Below are positions 13,564 to 26,895 of a stretch of 64,000 nucleotides of DNA, piece after piece. The translations under genes were made by a program, and so were the position numbers. A model generated the notes under the pieces. The model worked only from the letters and a program-made list of their open reading frames with translations, did not search any database and had not been told where the DNA came from. This DNA comes from Tubiluchus corallicola (lineage: Eukaryota; Animalia; Priapulida). Position 1 is the first letter of the stretch; each line of letters begins with the position of its first letter. The stretch covers positions 20,646 to 84,645 of the forward strand of contig JAQGDQ010000881.1 in NCBI GenBank assembly GCA_030141605.1, in the 5' to 3' direction.

Positions 13564-14022
13564 CTTGCAAAGGCCCCACAAAAAGTTTGCGTATAAATCC
13601 ACTTATAATCAAAAATGCACGAACATTCTACCTAGTGTTTGTCTGTTTATCTAATGCAAAGCCAGCAGCTTTTACTGAATTAAAGCTATAAGGTTACAGA
13701 CAGAGTATAATGGATGACGTCACAACAATGGCTTTGCGTCAGCAGTTTTCTAAGCAAAAATTGCCAAAAATAGAACATCTAATTAACTCGTCGGTACTCC
13801 TCTCGGTGGACCTGTCCTAAAATATAGCCCACATCATCGTGTAGCCCCGTTCTTCCTATTTCTAAAGAGCTATATATCTCCTTCCGAGAGTCCCACCAGG
13901 CGCCGCTAGAACGTATTCCGCATGCTGTTTGGTCAAAATATATGGAATATTTCCTAGCAAAGGCCCCGCAAAAAATTTTGCGTATAAATACACTTTTAAT
14001 CAATAATACACGAACATCCTAC
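13564..14022 (-). mobile_element. Truncated non-autonomous Helitron copies (two 3' ends)
   Basis: Homologous to 50704-51605; hairpin plus CTAG-type ends at ~13564 (degenerate) and 13954. Confidence 0.7.
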
Positions 14023-14035
14023 ATAATATGAAATA

Positions 14036-14290
14036 TTATCTATGGAATATTTTACAGTTAACAACATAATTAAATTCATCTTTTCCAAACAATAACAACT
14101 TTAACAGATCCTTATTTCCTAAGGCAGCTATATTAAGGTTTTCAGTCAGAAGTATTTCATTTAATTTATCAAACGAAACAACCCTAGTTTGTTGATACAA
14201 TGGGCAGTGCAACAAAAAGTGTTCAACAGACTCAAATTGAAATCCACAGTTACAATTCGGCAATACTGAATGACCAGATCTTAATATCAT
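14036..14290 (-). mobile_element. LINE ORF2 3' fragment (C-terminal CxC...H...C zinc finger)
   Basis: Reads CNCGFQFESVEHFLLHCPLYQQTR. Confidence 0.65.
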
Positions 14291-14619
14291 TACTTTTGCC
14301 CACCTTATAATTCATTAGTTTATATAGTTAATATGATTAAATAGTTATAACTGATACTATCTTAACATTCTGAATTTAGTTGTAAACAAAATCTCTTGTT
14401 TGTTGCATGTTATCATTTCCATCATTAGACACTCTATTGACATCACCTCTCCATTTGACCAAATACATAAATTCAAGTTTCAGTTTAAGCTTTGGCAATA
14501 TTTTTTCTTGTTTACATTGTTACTGTCCTGATTATCGCAGATCTGCTTAAAGCTTAAGATATCTTTTGCAAATTTAACCCAAGTATACAAATACGCTTAT
14601 TATACATTTTGGCACAATC

Positions 14620-14895
14620 TGGAATCCAGCACTCAGTGCCTACTTAATGCAGATAGCTGTGGTGTCTCGTTGACAAGACAAGTTCTATAAGCTGAGGCAC
14701 TGGACTGGCAGGGGCGTCCGGGCATCAGTTCGATGTGAACCATCCTTCCTCGGCGAGACAAACGGTTCCAATCAACATGATGAATTAACCACCCAGTGCG
14801 AATGTTGAGTTCTGTAGTCACCCGTTCATTCATTGACCGGCTTCAGCATTGCTTAACTTTGGCCACATGCTCTTGCTGCAACCACTTAGCTATTT
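14620..14895 (-). mobile_element. SINE-like element containing a 5S rRNA-like segment
   Basis: Minus strand CCAAAGTTAAGCAATGCTGAAGCCGGTCAATGAATGAACGGGTGAC resembles the 5S internal control region (box A to box C). Confidence 0.4.
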
Positions 14896-17255
14896 CTTGA
14901 GTGGAAGCCCAATATTTTCCCTTCCCACACCTAGATATCCAGTTAGCGAGATATTTTCATCAATAACCTAAACGCCATCTGCCAGCAGAAAAAAACAACA
15001 GCATAGAGAGGTAAGCCTAAAAACCAGCAACATCAATTTATGCTAAAACTTGCAAAGCAGCTTACAATAAAGCCACAAAACATGAACATCCATTACACTG
15101 ACCTGGTCAGAAGTGCCAGCGCTCAGGGCGTATTTACCAATAGGCCAACTAGGAAGTAGCCAGCATCACGTTCAGTTAAATCTAAAAAAGAAGCCAACTC
15201 TACACACAGCAAGCCCAAAAAGAAGCCAGCACCACATTCAGTTAAATCTAAAAAAGAAGCCAGTGTTACATACAGAGTTTTTATAACTATGTTATAAGAT
15301 GCAGACCTATGCACTTAAATTGTATTTGTCCGTACTTGTGTAGAGATGATTTTGTTTCAATGTTTTACGTCAAGTGTGACGTTTGGCTAGGTTGAGCGTA
15401 TCGCATTAAAAATTTATTAAAAGAATCTTGTCAGGGTAAAATGGGCTGATTTATACTGACTAACGTCGCCCAATAAGCTTTGGGCTCTAGTAAAAATAAA
15501 GTAGTATGGTAGTATCGCATATATACCAGGCGTAGTTTTTTGTCCGATATTAGCCCGTTTTACCTTATAGGAAGGCTGGGCGGTTGTTTAGATTCAATCT
15601 CATTTTAATTTACTGTCCAAAATATGCATTTTCTTGCCTACAAAAGTTAACAATTATTTCTTATATTTGAATAATTAGCTTAGAAAGGTAATTAACGGCA
15701 AGTGAACACAGCTATTGCTTTCGTCAGAAACTGACCACAGTTTGTGCAATGGCAGACATTTTCACTTGCGCGTCAAGCACATTTTCATAAGTGTTACAGT
15801 ACTGTTTAAACGCATGATATCACGAAAAATGGGCTTTATGTCATATGACGTCATGAAACTAACACTGCAGTTCATGATCATGCTTATCATGGTACCGCCT
15901 TCTATTTGTTGGACATGCGCACGTGACAAAAAGGCACCACTGCCAATCTTAATAGATTCACTGAGCCGCGCGTAGATTTGAAAGTTTAACAAAATTTGAG
16001 CATCCGAGGTAATTATTATTTAATCTAAGCTTTGATTTAAAAAAAGCTATTGTAGTTTTCAATATTTTAGAGCATTCTTTATTCTGCACTAATGTTTACA
16101 CAATCATCCGGTTTTCCTTCATACAGAAACAAACTATGATGTACTACAGTTATAAGAAGTCATGTTTTATTTAACAATCCAAAATTAAATAAATATTCAG
16201 CAGAAAGCAAGTACTGATTTTGATTGAACACACTGTAGAAACATTAGCCTAGTCTAGATGGGATTTAGAATGAGAAAAGGAAAAGCTACGTAAAGTATTT
16301 GGTAAGGACTATATTTGACCGAAATCAGTTTTTCCCAGTGCATTCTGTAAATTCTGTGTTTATATAAGAAAGGCCCAGTTTTTGCTATGATATTAAAATC
16401 TGTAAGAGCTGATGAACTATATGCATGAACTATATACTGTTGTACATTTAGTAATTGCAATTCTAAAATTCGTTGTGACTAAACTTTGTAAAATAACTTA
16501 ACATATTATAATATAATTGTAATATTTAACCACTGTAATGTAATATTTAACCATATGTAATTTAACTTGTAATTGTAATTGAATTGATTGTAAATCATCA
16601 ACAAATATTATTATTAAAATATAAGACACACAGGACAAAAGCGACAAACTATTAGTAATTTGCGTTAGGACGATCAAATGCCGAATTTTAGTCAATTAAT
16701 CAATCAGTCAGTCAGTCAGTTAACCAATCTGTCAGTTGATCACCCCATCAGCCAAACTAGCGATCGATAAATTATCAGTTGATTTCGTACATAAAACATA
16801 CATAGGAAATAATAGACGAAAAAAAATACAAATTAAAAAATTTGAAAAAAAAGTTGTTAGGAATCGCGTGGAATGGTTTTAGCAACTGTCAAGCACCTTA
16901 TCATTTCATCGAGTTTGTTTGCGTTATGTTTGCAAATTTGTACAAATTAATATGACACGTCACGACACCAAACCGTTTTTTTTGCTACAGTTATTAAAAA
17001 TGGCGTCCTTTTCTCTCTCCCTCTATTATACTGTTTACATATGTTTCCTTTTCCATCAGGTATAGTTTAATTGATAATGCATTTGCTTTCCGTACGCGAC
17101 GTTGTGGGTTCGATACCACGGTTCTTAGTTGCAAAAATCTTAAACCTTGCCTGCCGCATAGTATTTATGGTAAAAGCGGAGTCATAGTACAAGGTTCAGT
17201 CTGTTGTCTTTAAAGTCGAACTGAAATAAAGTTTATTGTTATTATGTACACGTAC

Positions 17256-17378
17256 CTGTTGTCCTACGAGACCTGTTCCAGCACAAACATCCAAAATTCT
17301 GGCATTTTTGTCCTTCAACAGTTCTGACATGTATTGTGCAGCATAAAACGGACCTCTGTAATTAGCTCTTGCTACATC
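17256..17378 (-). CDS. METTL27: METTL27-like methyltransferase, exon 2
   Basis: Reads DVARANYRGPFYAAQYMSELLKDKNARILDVCAGTGLVGQQ, containing SAM-binding motif I (ILDVxAGTG). Confidence 0.9.
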
Positions 17379-17937
17379 CTGCAGTATACGACTGTTTTAT
17401 TGCTACTTGTATGCAAATTACTGGTCTTTTTTGTTATAAGTATTTGATATGGTTGCTTTTTATATCAGAATTCATTAGTTTGTGTTTTTTCGTAATTTTA
17501 CATAGTGGCGGATCTAGGCCTAAATTGGAACTATTGAATCTCAGGCTTCAGGATGGGTCCCTAATCATAGAGAGACCCCAGGAACAACACTTTGGTGGGG
17601 GAATCGTTTACTCAATCAGCATTGTTATCGTTACGTGGTATAAAAACACATTTTAGTCCACCGCGTTGAAGAGTCCCTAGAAAATGTGATTACAGGAAGT
17701 GCTGTCTTGACCAAACTGAGCATGAATATTTCACCAGGAAAAACAGGAAAGTGTATTTCTAAAAACGTCCTTCATATGTAACATGTTCTCATATAACAGG
17801 TAAGATTATATTGATCCTAATTATTGCAACGACTACAAAATTCTTACTTGTATTTTCATCAGTTGCGAAGGGACCAAATTGTAGATCTGCCAGTTGTTTG
17901 TGTGACAGAATATTAATTTTTAAAGGTGTGGACATGC

Positions 17938-18485
17938 TTAAAGGCCAAGAAAAGGGCTACCTTAAGTAGGTTTCAGAGAAATCACCTTAAAAATATATTA
18001 CTTTATAGGAATTTTATGCATATAGCGTATTCGCGTTGAAAGGAATTTTTGTTTGTTTTCATTTTAAATCTCCCGCAATACTGTTCCGACGGAGCCATTA
18101 CATGGCGTCACTGCGTCACGTAAATCAGGGAATGAAAAGGAAATGTTAAATTATGTCCCAAAAAACTTTCCATGCAAATCTAAATTACTTAGCTTTTGCT
18201 TACCTGCTTGAAAGACTTATGTAACTAGAAAGAAAATTATTATTTAAAATGCTTTCAACAAATTGGTAAAATGTCGCTGATTCACCCTGCAGGTTGCGCC
18301 ACTCACTGACCAAATACGAACTTTTATTCCTATTGACAAGATACAGTAATTTAAAATTTTACTCATTTAGTTACATATGTGCCACGAATGCTCTGATTAT
18401 TTTTTCAAACTTTACTCAATGTTATTTTAACTTGTTTCAAATGACTTGTCGTCAAAATGGCTGCATCCAACAGTCATCGCAGGAG
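17938..18485 (+). repeat. Dispersed repeat, with a second diverged copy at ~19655-20185
   Basis: Collinear homology over ~530 bp; begins ttaaagg. Confidence 0.75.
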
Positions 18486-18748
18486 TTTAAATTTACATGT
18501 TTCATACTGCGTTACTGCCGACGCAAGTCGAATATACAAAAAGGCAATATGTTAGGTGGTATAAAATTTCAAAATGAATTTTTAAGCTTTATGTAAGTGG
18601 AGGATTCTCTTGCATTTTAAACAGACTTTTCTTCTGTCTGGATTTTCTCTAGTCTACCCTTTCAAGTTAACATTTCACACTGTTATGGGTTATTCATTAT
18701 AATCATTGTTATATACAAGTAATCAGTTTACTGATTTGTTTTGCTTAC

Positions 18749-18892
18749 GTTAGAATATTGTGTTCCCCATTTACTATAGACGTTTAACGTGTCTGTAATG
18801 CTGTTGGTTGAGTGAATAAGTTCTTCCATTGTCGAACATGGCTTCGCGTCGCCTAGGCTTCCTTCATATTCTAGTTCATTTTCTTTGGACAT
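18749..18892 (-). CDS. METTL27: METTL27-like methyltransferase, first coding exon
   Basis: ATG directly after an AG acceptor; reads MSKENELEYEG...LNVYSKWGTQYSN|gtaagc. The Y..W...Y..D motif is typical of the family; the five exons total 690 nt (229 aa plus stop). Confidence 0.82.
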
Positions 18893-20506
18893 CTATAAAT
18901 CAAAAATTAAATGGTATGGTGGCGCATAGTAATATTTTAGTTTATTAGAATGTAACACATACACAGAGAGCAGTATGTAAACTCATCTAGTACTAATAAG
19001 TCTTTTCACAGTTCCAGCGATTGATGATGATCGTGAAAAGGTCAAAGGTTAAGTGTACCAGATAACGCATTTTTAAATAAGTACATTTGACAGCGCCTCG
19101 CTGCACATGCTGTTGTAATAGTAACAGTTTTAACAGCTAGCTAGAACATTAGTAAAGTGAAAAGTAAAGGTATAGCGTACATATTTTCCGTAATTCACTT
19201 ATAGAGGTATTATATTTTATCTTCTGCTTGTTTAAGACATATAGATGCCACAAACACATTGTTCTTTCGTTCCATATTAAGTTACTTTTGTCACTTGGTT
19301 GATTGCTAAATTTCCACGAAATGTTAACTACGACGTCTATAATTATATACGGTAGAAATTTGAACTGACGGGTCTAACCTATGTATACCAGGGTGACTTA
19401 TTACTGTTGGTACAATGTTGAACAAATTCACCTAAGCCTAGTGCTGTCGATTAATCATATGCTAATTAATCATTTATCATCATTTCTCATTACTGCCAAG
19501 CATGCTGTTGCCTTTACATAGTTAGCCAGTTAACAAGTTAGCCACAACACGCTACTTAAATACATGCCAAAAGTTTTATCAGAAGCACACAAACCGTGCA
19601 GACTGCTCAGTTAGCTTATCAGAAGTACTGAGATTTTACTAAGAGCAAAAACTTAGAGAACAAGAAAAGGGGCACATGGAGGAGGTTTCAGAAAAATCAG
19701 GTTAAAAAATTACACTACTTTACAGCAGTTTTATGCGCACATCGTATTCGTGTTTAAAGGAATTTTCGTTTATTTTCATTTTAAATGTCTCACAATACTG
19801 TTCCAACGGCGCCATTACATGACGTCACTGCGCACGTAAATCAGAAGAAAAGGAAATGTTAAATTATGTCCCAAAAACTTTCCGTGCAAATCTATATTAC
19901 TTACCATTTCACTTATCTGCTGGATAGACTTATGTAACTAGACTAATAATTTAAAATGTCTGTGCCAATTGGTAAAATGTCGCTGACTCACGCTCCAGGG
20001 TGCGCCACTTATTAGCCAAAAACGTATTTTTAATCTTATTGACAAGACACAGTAATTTAAAATTTTACTTAATTAGCAACATGTATGCTACGAATGCTCT
20101 GATTATTTTTTCTACTTTACTTAATGTTATCAAAACTTGTTTCAAATGAGTTACCATAAAAATGACTGCCCCTAGCGGTCATCGTGTAATATTCTCTAAA
20201 AAAATATATATAATCATCGGAATTTCAATATCGTTCCATTCGCTATGAACGCAGCCATTATGGATGCTCTTATGTTGTGCACATCTTCGTTATTCGGCGA
20301 GCACACCAGATGCTGACCGAAAGCTAAACACAGGGCGATGAAACTTTAGAACCCGGTGAATTCCCGGTTTGGAAAACAAGAAAATAGAAACAAAAAGGAT
20401 CAAACATATGCTGATAAATTAGATTAAATGTAGATAAACATATGCGCTGTTAAAAAGAGCAAAACAAATTGATGAAATTATAATTAGAAGACTGAAAGTA
20501 AGAAAG

Positions 20507-22190
20507 TGTAATGACCAGCCCACCCCTCGGTTAGAATGCATGGTAACTTAGCGACGCCGACGCTCTGGCGGCTATATACGGGAGGGTCAGGCCATTGACC
20601 ACACACATCCGAACACTTTCAAAGTGATAAAGAATTACAGCAATGGAAGAGAGCAGGATGAGAAGTAAGTTTTAACTTACTAGATAAAGCTAGCTTTCAA
20701 AACTAGCTAGGATGTGTCAGGAATCTAGAACCTAGAAAAGAGTTCCAGAAACACTAGTTTCTAGAAACCAAAAGAGAAGTTAGAAAAGGGTTCCAGGATT
20801 AAAGCTGTTGCAGAGACAAAAAGAGTTCCAGAAAGTTTCTAGATTGAAAAGAGTTGCTGAGAGTTCCAGGAAAATCCAAGATCAAAAGAGTTCCAGAAGT
20901 TCCTGGAATTAAAAGAGTTGCGGAAAGTTCCTGGAATTAAAAGAGTTGCAGAAAGTTCCCAGAATTAAAAAAAGTTGCAGAATTAAAAGAGTTCCAGAAC
21001 TGAAAAGAGTTGCAGAATTAAAAGAATTCCAGAATTAAAAAGTGTTCCAGAATTGAAAGAGTTCCGGGAATTGAAAAGAGTTCCAGAATTAAAAAGAGTT
21101 GCAGAATTAAAGAGTTGCAGAAAGTTCCCAGAATTAAAAAAAGTTGCAGAATTAAAAGAGTTCCAGAACTAAAAAAGTTGCAGAATTAAAAGAATTCCAG
21201 AATTAAAAAGTGTTCCAGAATTGAAAGAGTTCCAGAATTGAAAGAGTTGCAAAATTAAAAGAGTTGCAGAATTAAGAGTTCTAGATATCTAGCTAAAAGC
21301 TAGCAAGCTATGCAAAAGCAGAAAAATAATTTGGACTGAATCAGCAAAAATAAAAAGTTCCAGTTAAAAAAAAGTTGCAGATCACAAGTCAGCTAGCTAT
21401 TGATCCGGGATTATTCGAGATATTATACAAATAAGTGAAACAAGAGACTGGATCATAGTTTTGCTCACTTTTAGTTAAATGTGGAACAGGAACATAGTAC
21501 ATATACACAGGATTGGCATGAAAATTGCAACTGCTTAAGCTTACTGAAACCTGGACTCTAGTACTCTTTGCGTGACCAATTGCAATTGCTATAGAAGATT
21601 TCTTTAACTAGAAACAAGAACAGTTTTCATGATTGTGGATTTCACCTAACTACAATTAGCTGTATTTTATAGCAAAGCCAATAAAATAAATTATTTTTAA
21701 TCTTAGTTCACTTGTTGTTGCTTTTACTCAGTTTAAATTTGAATTACAAATAGCCTCAAGATAATGTCAAAGCTGAACCCAACATTTTTCTATATAAAAA
21801 TAAAGTAAAATAAAGTTAGTTGCAGAAAAGTCAATGATACGTGGCACTTTAACCTAATATCATACCTCTTAAGCCGAGCTGTGCCACACTACATTTTGGG
21901 GCTCGTCAGAGATTTTGAATTTTGTTTTGAGGCATTGTGATTCAAACTGAGTAAGAGCAGCAAGCTGTAATAAAATTGATAAAATGACAGCTATATTATC
22001 CTACTTAAAATCCTTTCTGACTTCCACTCCTAAAAAGAACACTGATACAATTGTGGGAGCACAAAATACAGAGGTCCACACAGAAAATGCTATGCATAAG
22101 ATGGAAACAGATGGAAAAGAACAAGATAAAAAGTTCAGCAAGAGAAGCGCAACACTGAAAAATATCCCACTCATGCATGGGGATGTATAA
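20507..22190 (+). mobile_element. Truncated LTR retrotransposon: LTR (~20507-21893), tRNA-Pro-like PBS, and short gag-like ORF start (21984-22190)
   Basis: TGTAA...CTACA termini, AATAAA signals, then TTGGGGCTCGTCAGAGAT (15/18 match to the tRNA-Pro PBS TGGGGGCTCGTCCGGGAT); internal aaaagagttccagaatt repeats at ~20720-21290. Confidence 0.65.
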
Positions 22191-23056
22191 AAAAATTAAA
22201 TGAATTTAAATTTAAATTTAAAATAAAAGTGTAAATAATTTTAAAGGTGATATCCGTTGCCTAGAGGCAGAAATTTCCACACGCTGTGTGGATGACGTGG
22301 TTTTGATACTCGACTCTGGCAGTATCATGCGTAAACCACAGTACAAAAACAAAATCAAGTCTGCCACCAGTTTAGAGTTCTGAAAAGCTAAACTTCCTCT
22401 TTGGAGAATCTACCCCGGTTGAGAACCACTGTTAGAGGTAAACTTGTCGGCTAATGCTTGAACTGTACATGTATTTATAGTTTAAATGTCCCAGACTGAG
22501 ATCGTTGGCTCTAGACCACATCCGAATTTAGTGTAAAAACATAGTTGAGCTGCGCTGTGTCATTTTATGCTGATATAATATGGTTATTTTTCCCATGAAA
22601 TGTTTTCTATAATTGCACATGAAACCAGTTGATTTGATTTCTTAATCTGGTACAGCATTAAGCTATTTACATGTCAGCTCGTCGTGTATTGTGCTGTACA
22701 TGTATTAATAGCTTAAGCGTCCCAGATTGTGTTCAATTCCAGAATTCTGATTCCTATGTAACAGGATCGAGCTGTTCTGTCACGTGGAAATCAACATTTT
22801 AAGCTGCAGTTTATTCTGTACACTTTACAAACTTTTATCATATGCTCATTTTTTCACACAATATACTTATCTAGAACAGTCAGATTTCTAGAACATCCAG
22901 ATTTCTTGTTATACTTAGAAAAAATAATGCAGCTTTTTGAGCTGTGTGTAGATATGCTTTTTACCCTTTACCCGTATAAAATGCTGCAATTTTTAAGCTG
23001 CTGCTTTGTGAGTTAAAGTTTGACAAGTTTTTCTATGACAACATAATAAAAATCAT

Positions 23057-25732
23057 GACACTAAATCCGTTCATTCTGTGCACTGTTCACAATGAACATT
23101 GTAACTTTTTCAGTATTCTGTTCACTTTGAATATAACGATTTATCAGTAAAACAATATTTATGGTGAGCTTTGGGTATGCTATCTATAAGGATGACAGTC
23201 ACAATCAAACAAATGTCATTCACACTAAATCCTGCCACCCAAACAGTCCTTAATTATGCATAATTCGTGTTATTACCATAACGTAAGCAATGCGATAGTA
23301 TTCCAAGCAGTGCAGTATTCAAGACGACCACAGTTACTCCTACAGTAGTCTATATTACTCACAATTACTCAAGAAGTGCATCATTTCGTAATAATCACAG
23401 TTACTCAGTAGTCTGTATTACTCAAAACCAACAAAATTACTAAAGCAGTGCATTATTCATAACAATCATAATTACTCCCGTAGCAATTTATGTTACTCAA
23501 AACCGTCACGATTACCCAAGCAGTGCATTATTCATGATAATCAAGTTAATCCTGCCGCAGCCTATATTATTCAAAATCATCACAATTACTCAAGAAGTCA
23601 TTATTCATAATGATCACAGTGACTCCTGCAGCAGCCTATATTATTCACAAGTAATACCATTATTCAGGCAGTGCATTGCTCATAAAAATATCAATTACTC
23701 AATTACAGGCAGCAACACAGTCTTGGAAAAAGTGATTATTTTAAAAGTGTAGATAAAACGAATATCCATAAATCATGTCTTTCCGTCGTCTACTTTAATC
23801 GCGCCATCTTGCGTCAGAGAGTGAGACATAATAGTGAATAATGGTGTTTTTAAGGTTGCTGCCAGATTTTGGCTTTGTAAATTTGTGACGTCATTTATTA
23901 TTTGTTTTGTTTTTTATTTGCTTAACATTTTCACAGGGACGGTTGGAGATTGGAAGAACCATTTCAATGAGTCAATGAACACTTACGCAGATGACCTCTG
24001 TCGGGAGAAATTAGAAACTATTGGACTAAGACATACATATGAGTTGTGATGTTTATGCTGTCGTGTGGTGGTTGTTATTGTAATAATTTTGCAACGTGAA
24101 TCGAATAATTTCAGACAATTGTAATTGTAGACCTACTCTACATCGTACAGCTTCAATACACGTTCTGAAATAATGCATGGTTAATAGTACATTTTCAACG
24201 TACTATTGAAAAGGTCTTGTACGTAATACAGTGTACTTTATGAAGTTTCAGTTTTACGCAAAGAAACAGAAGGAAAATGCTTTAACTAGGATTCTCTGAA
24301 ACTTTTTTAAAAACATTTTCTTGGTAGCTTATACAAGAAGAAAATCTGAGATAGGAACTAATTAGATGGCGCCTGTAAAATTCAGTCTTAGTTACGCCAG
24401 GTTTTGCGTTTGGTTGCCACGTGTCACATGTTAAGGTGTAGCATTGTTTACTAACTCAGGGTCACAGAATCGATGCGGTATCCAAGCAAACCGTTGCTAA
24501 CCCACTTAGCATTGTTTCCAAATTCAGCGTCACAGAAACAACGCGGTATCCAAGGAAGCCGTTGCTAGGGCATTTTTGTTTGGCTAGCGATTTTTCGAAG
24601 TTTCACGAACAAAAGCAAACAAAATGTTTTGGGGGCAAAAATGCAATTTCGAAACTCAATTTTATTAGGAAGGAAGCCATGAAATTTCATAATATTAGTG
24701 TCAAACTTTAAGTTACGCTTGTCTCTTTTAATTAAAGGAAACTTGTTCTTACATAAAATTTGACATGTAAGCTATTTTCCAAAACGTGTGTGCTCCAACT
24801 TATTTCATTTTTACAACATGTTTCATTTTGTAATAAACTTTTAAACTGTCTGAATAATCATTAGAATCTTGTATAATTTTGGTACACTGTAGCATGATTT
24901 TTGTTCGTAGTTCTGTGTGATTAGAACCATGCTGGTGGAGAAATTTTCACTGATTAATCTAAAAAATATATTTCATCACCATCATCGTCGTTATCATCAT
25001 CATCGTCATTGCCGTCGTCGTCGTCACAATCATCATCATCACCCCCACTCTCCCAGTCTTTTTTGCATTTTCAGCTTTTCATATACATATACTATCTTTC
25101 TATTTCTTTTATTGTTTGTCGCTGATTCGTCAACTTTCCTGTAAATTTTCCTCCATTTTCTCTGCCCTGTTACCTGAGCGTGTGGTCTATTATACGCTTC
25201 ATGCGCATATGCTGAACACGAGGGGCGGATCCACAACATTTACGTTCATCTAAATTTCTAACACAAACCAGTGTTTTACTGCAGCACCAATTACAAAAAT
25301 TCACACTTTCACAACCCACATTACCAATATGTGGCACAACTGTGACTCAAAACTATTCCATTAACTGTTTTGCACCCCCTCAAGTAAGAGCGCCCCGCAT
25401 AGGTAATGATCAATGACAAAGTGGCGTTCATAATTGCTCACTGATCAGCAAATAGACATTATAACCAATTGCACTCCGCTGCAGCGTATCAGAGGTGGGA
25501 GAGCGGAAATCGTTTACATTTCCGGTAGATCTCTTCTTTTTTGGATTTTGAAAATCGGCTTCAACGAAATTATATTCGCTGTTGAACTAAATAGACGCTC
25601 GAAGGAAAAAACTTTATTTCAACCTGTCGGAATCAACGTTTCTAATAAGGTAATAGTTTTTCTTTTTAAAGTTAATTTAAATTTAAGAATTATATTTAAG
25701 ACATATAATTTTAATATTTATATATATATATA

Positions 25733-25763
<31 letters not shown>

Positions 25764-26570
25764 AAATGAGAGAGTGAGAGAAAAAAGAAAGAGAGGCAGA
25801 GAGAGAGAGAGAGACGACTAAGTGAACTGCCTTGTCTTAAATAATTTTAGTTTCTGGAGTTTCTCAAAAAATACCTTTGGTTTTCTTGTGGATGGAGATT
25901 CACTAGAAAGATAGTTTCGTAACTAATCATAACCTAGCAAACAAAGTTTGATCATGATCTCAAGCTAATACTAAAGTATCAAAAAATTATACGTACTGAT
26001 AGTAATATATCGTAATACGTTATTGAGAATTTGTTGTCATTGAGAAACGAATTTTAACTTAACGAATAAAAAGATTGGAAGTTTTGCACTTTCAAAGATT
26101 GCACTCTTGTGGTATTTCTGGTGATTAATATTTCATGTAAACATATTGAGCGACAGTCTGTTAATTGTTTCTAATTTTTGTCTAACTTGAGATAATTTTT
26201 TATCATTATTGTTTATAAACTATTATGTTGTACTTCTAAATATTTTAAAGTTATATTAAGTTATTAAATCATTTTAGCTTTGAAATAATTTGTGATAGTA
26301 TTATACCGAATGTAATCAGGACAGGACTATGGAAAATATAAAATTAATCTAGGCCTGATTGAAAACGCAGGGTCTTTCATCTTTCGAGTTCTGTATGTAT
26401 AAAAAGTTTAGACATACGTGCGTAAATAGAAAAAAAGAAATTATTTTTTATTTTCTCCAATTTTCCGGTTTTAGAATAACTCTCTGCTGTTGCGTTGTTG
26501 TGTTTATTAATAATAATTATTTGTAATTATCTGCGCCAATGACTACATGGCTACATTTTCAATAATTTCT
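23057..26570 (+). repeat. Segmental duplication, copy 2
   Basis: Collinear with ~4107-7950; carries ~290 bp extra at ~25040-25325. Confidence 0.95.
23937..24049 (+). CDS. Duplicated sulfotransferase terminal exon (orphan pseudo-exon or alternative last exon)
   Basis: Intact acceptor and the same GTVGDWKNHF...TYEL* peptide as copy 1 (one silent change); no upstream SULT exons recognised nearby. Confidence 0.55.
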
Positions 26571-26895
26571 GTTCTTTATATTCTTATTTGAATTTCTTGG
26601 CGCAGATATACATGTATGTAATGATATATATATATATATATATATAATTTATATAAATTCACATAGATTTTATAAAAAATTAACTATCTAATATATCAAA
26701 ATGGAATTCATTGATGACCGATTTAGTACAAAACTGTTCATTGTCAAGGATCTAAAACACAGAATTTTTTAGAATTAAGAAACAACGTCGAAGTACAATT
26801 CAGAAGTTAATTTTGTTAAAACGTAAAAATTGTCTTAATCTTGCAAGAATAATCAAACCTGCCTAATATACATTACAATTATCAGTTAAAGAAGT

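Noticed and set aside
22765-22950. Possible paralogous SULT exon (acag|GATCGA) before duplicate copy 2
   Set aside because: The translation after DR shows no SULT similarity.
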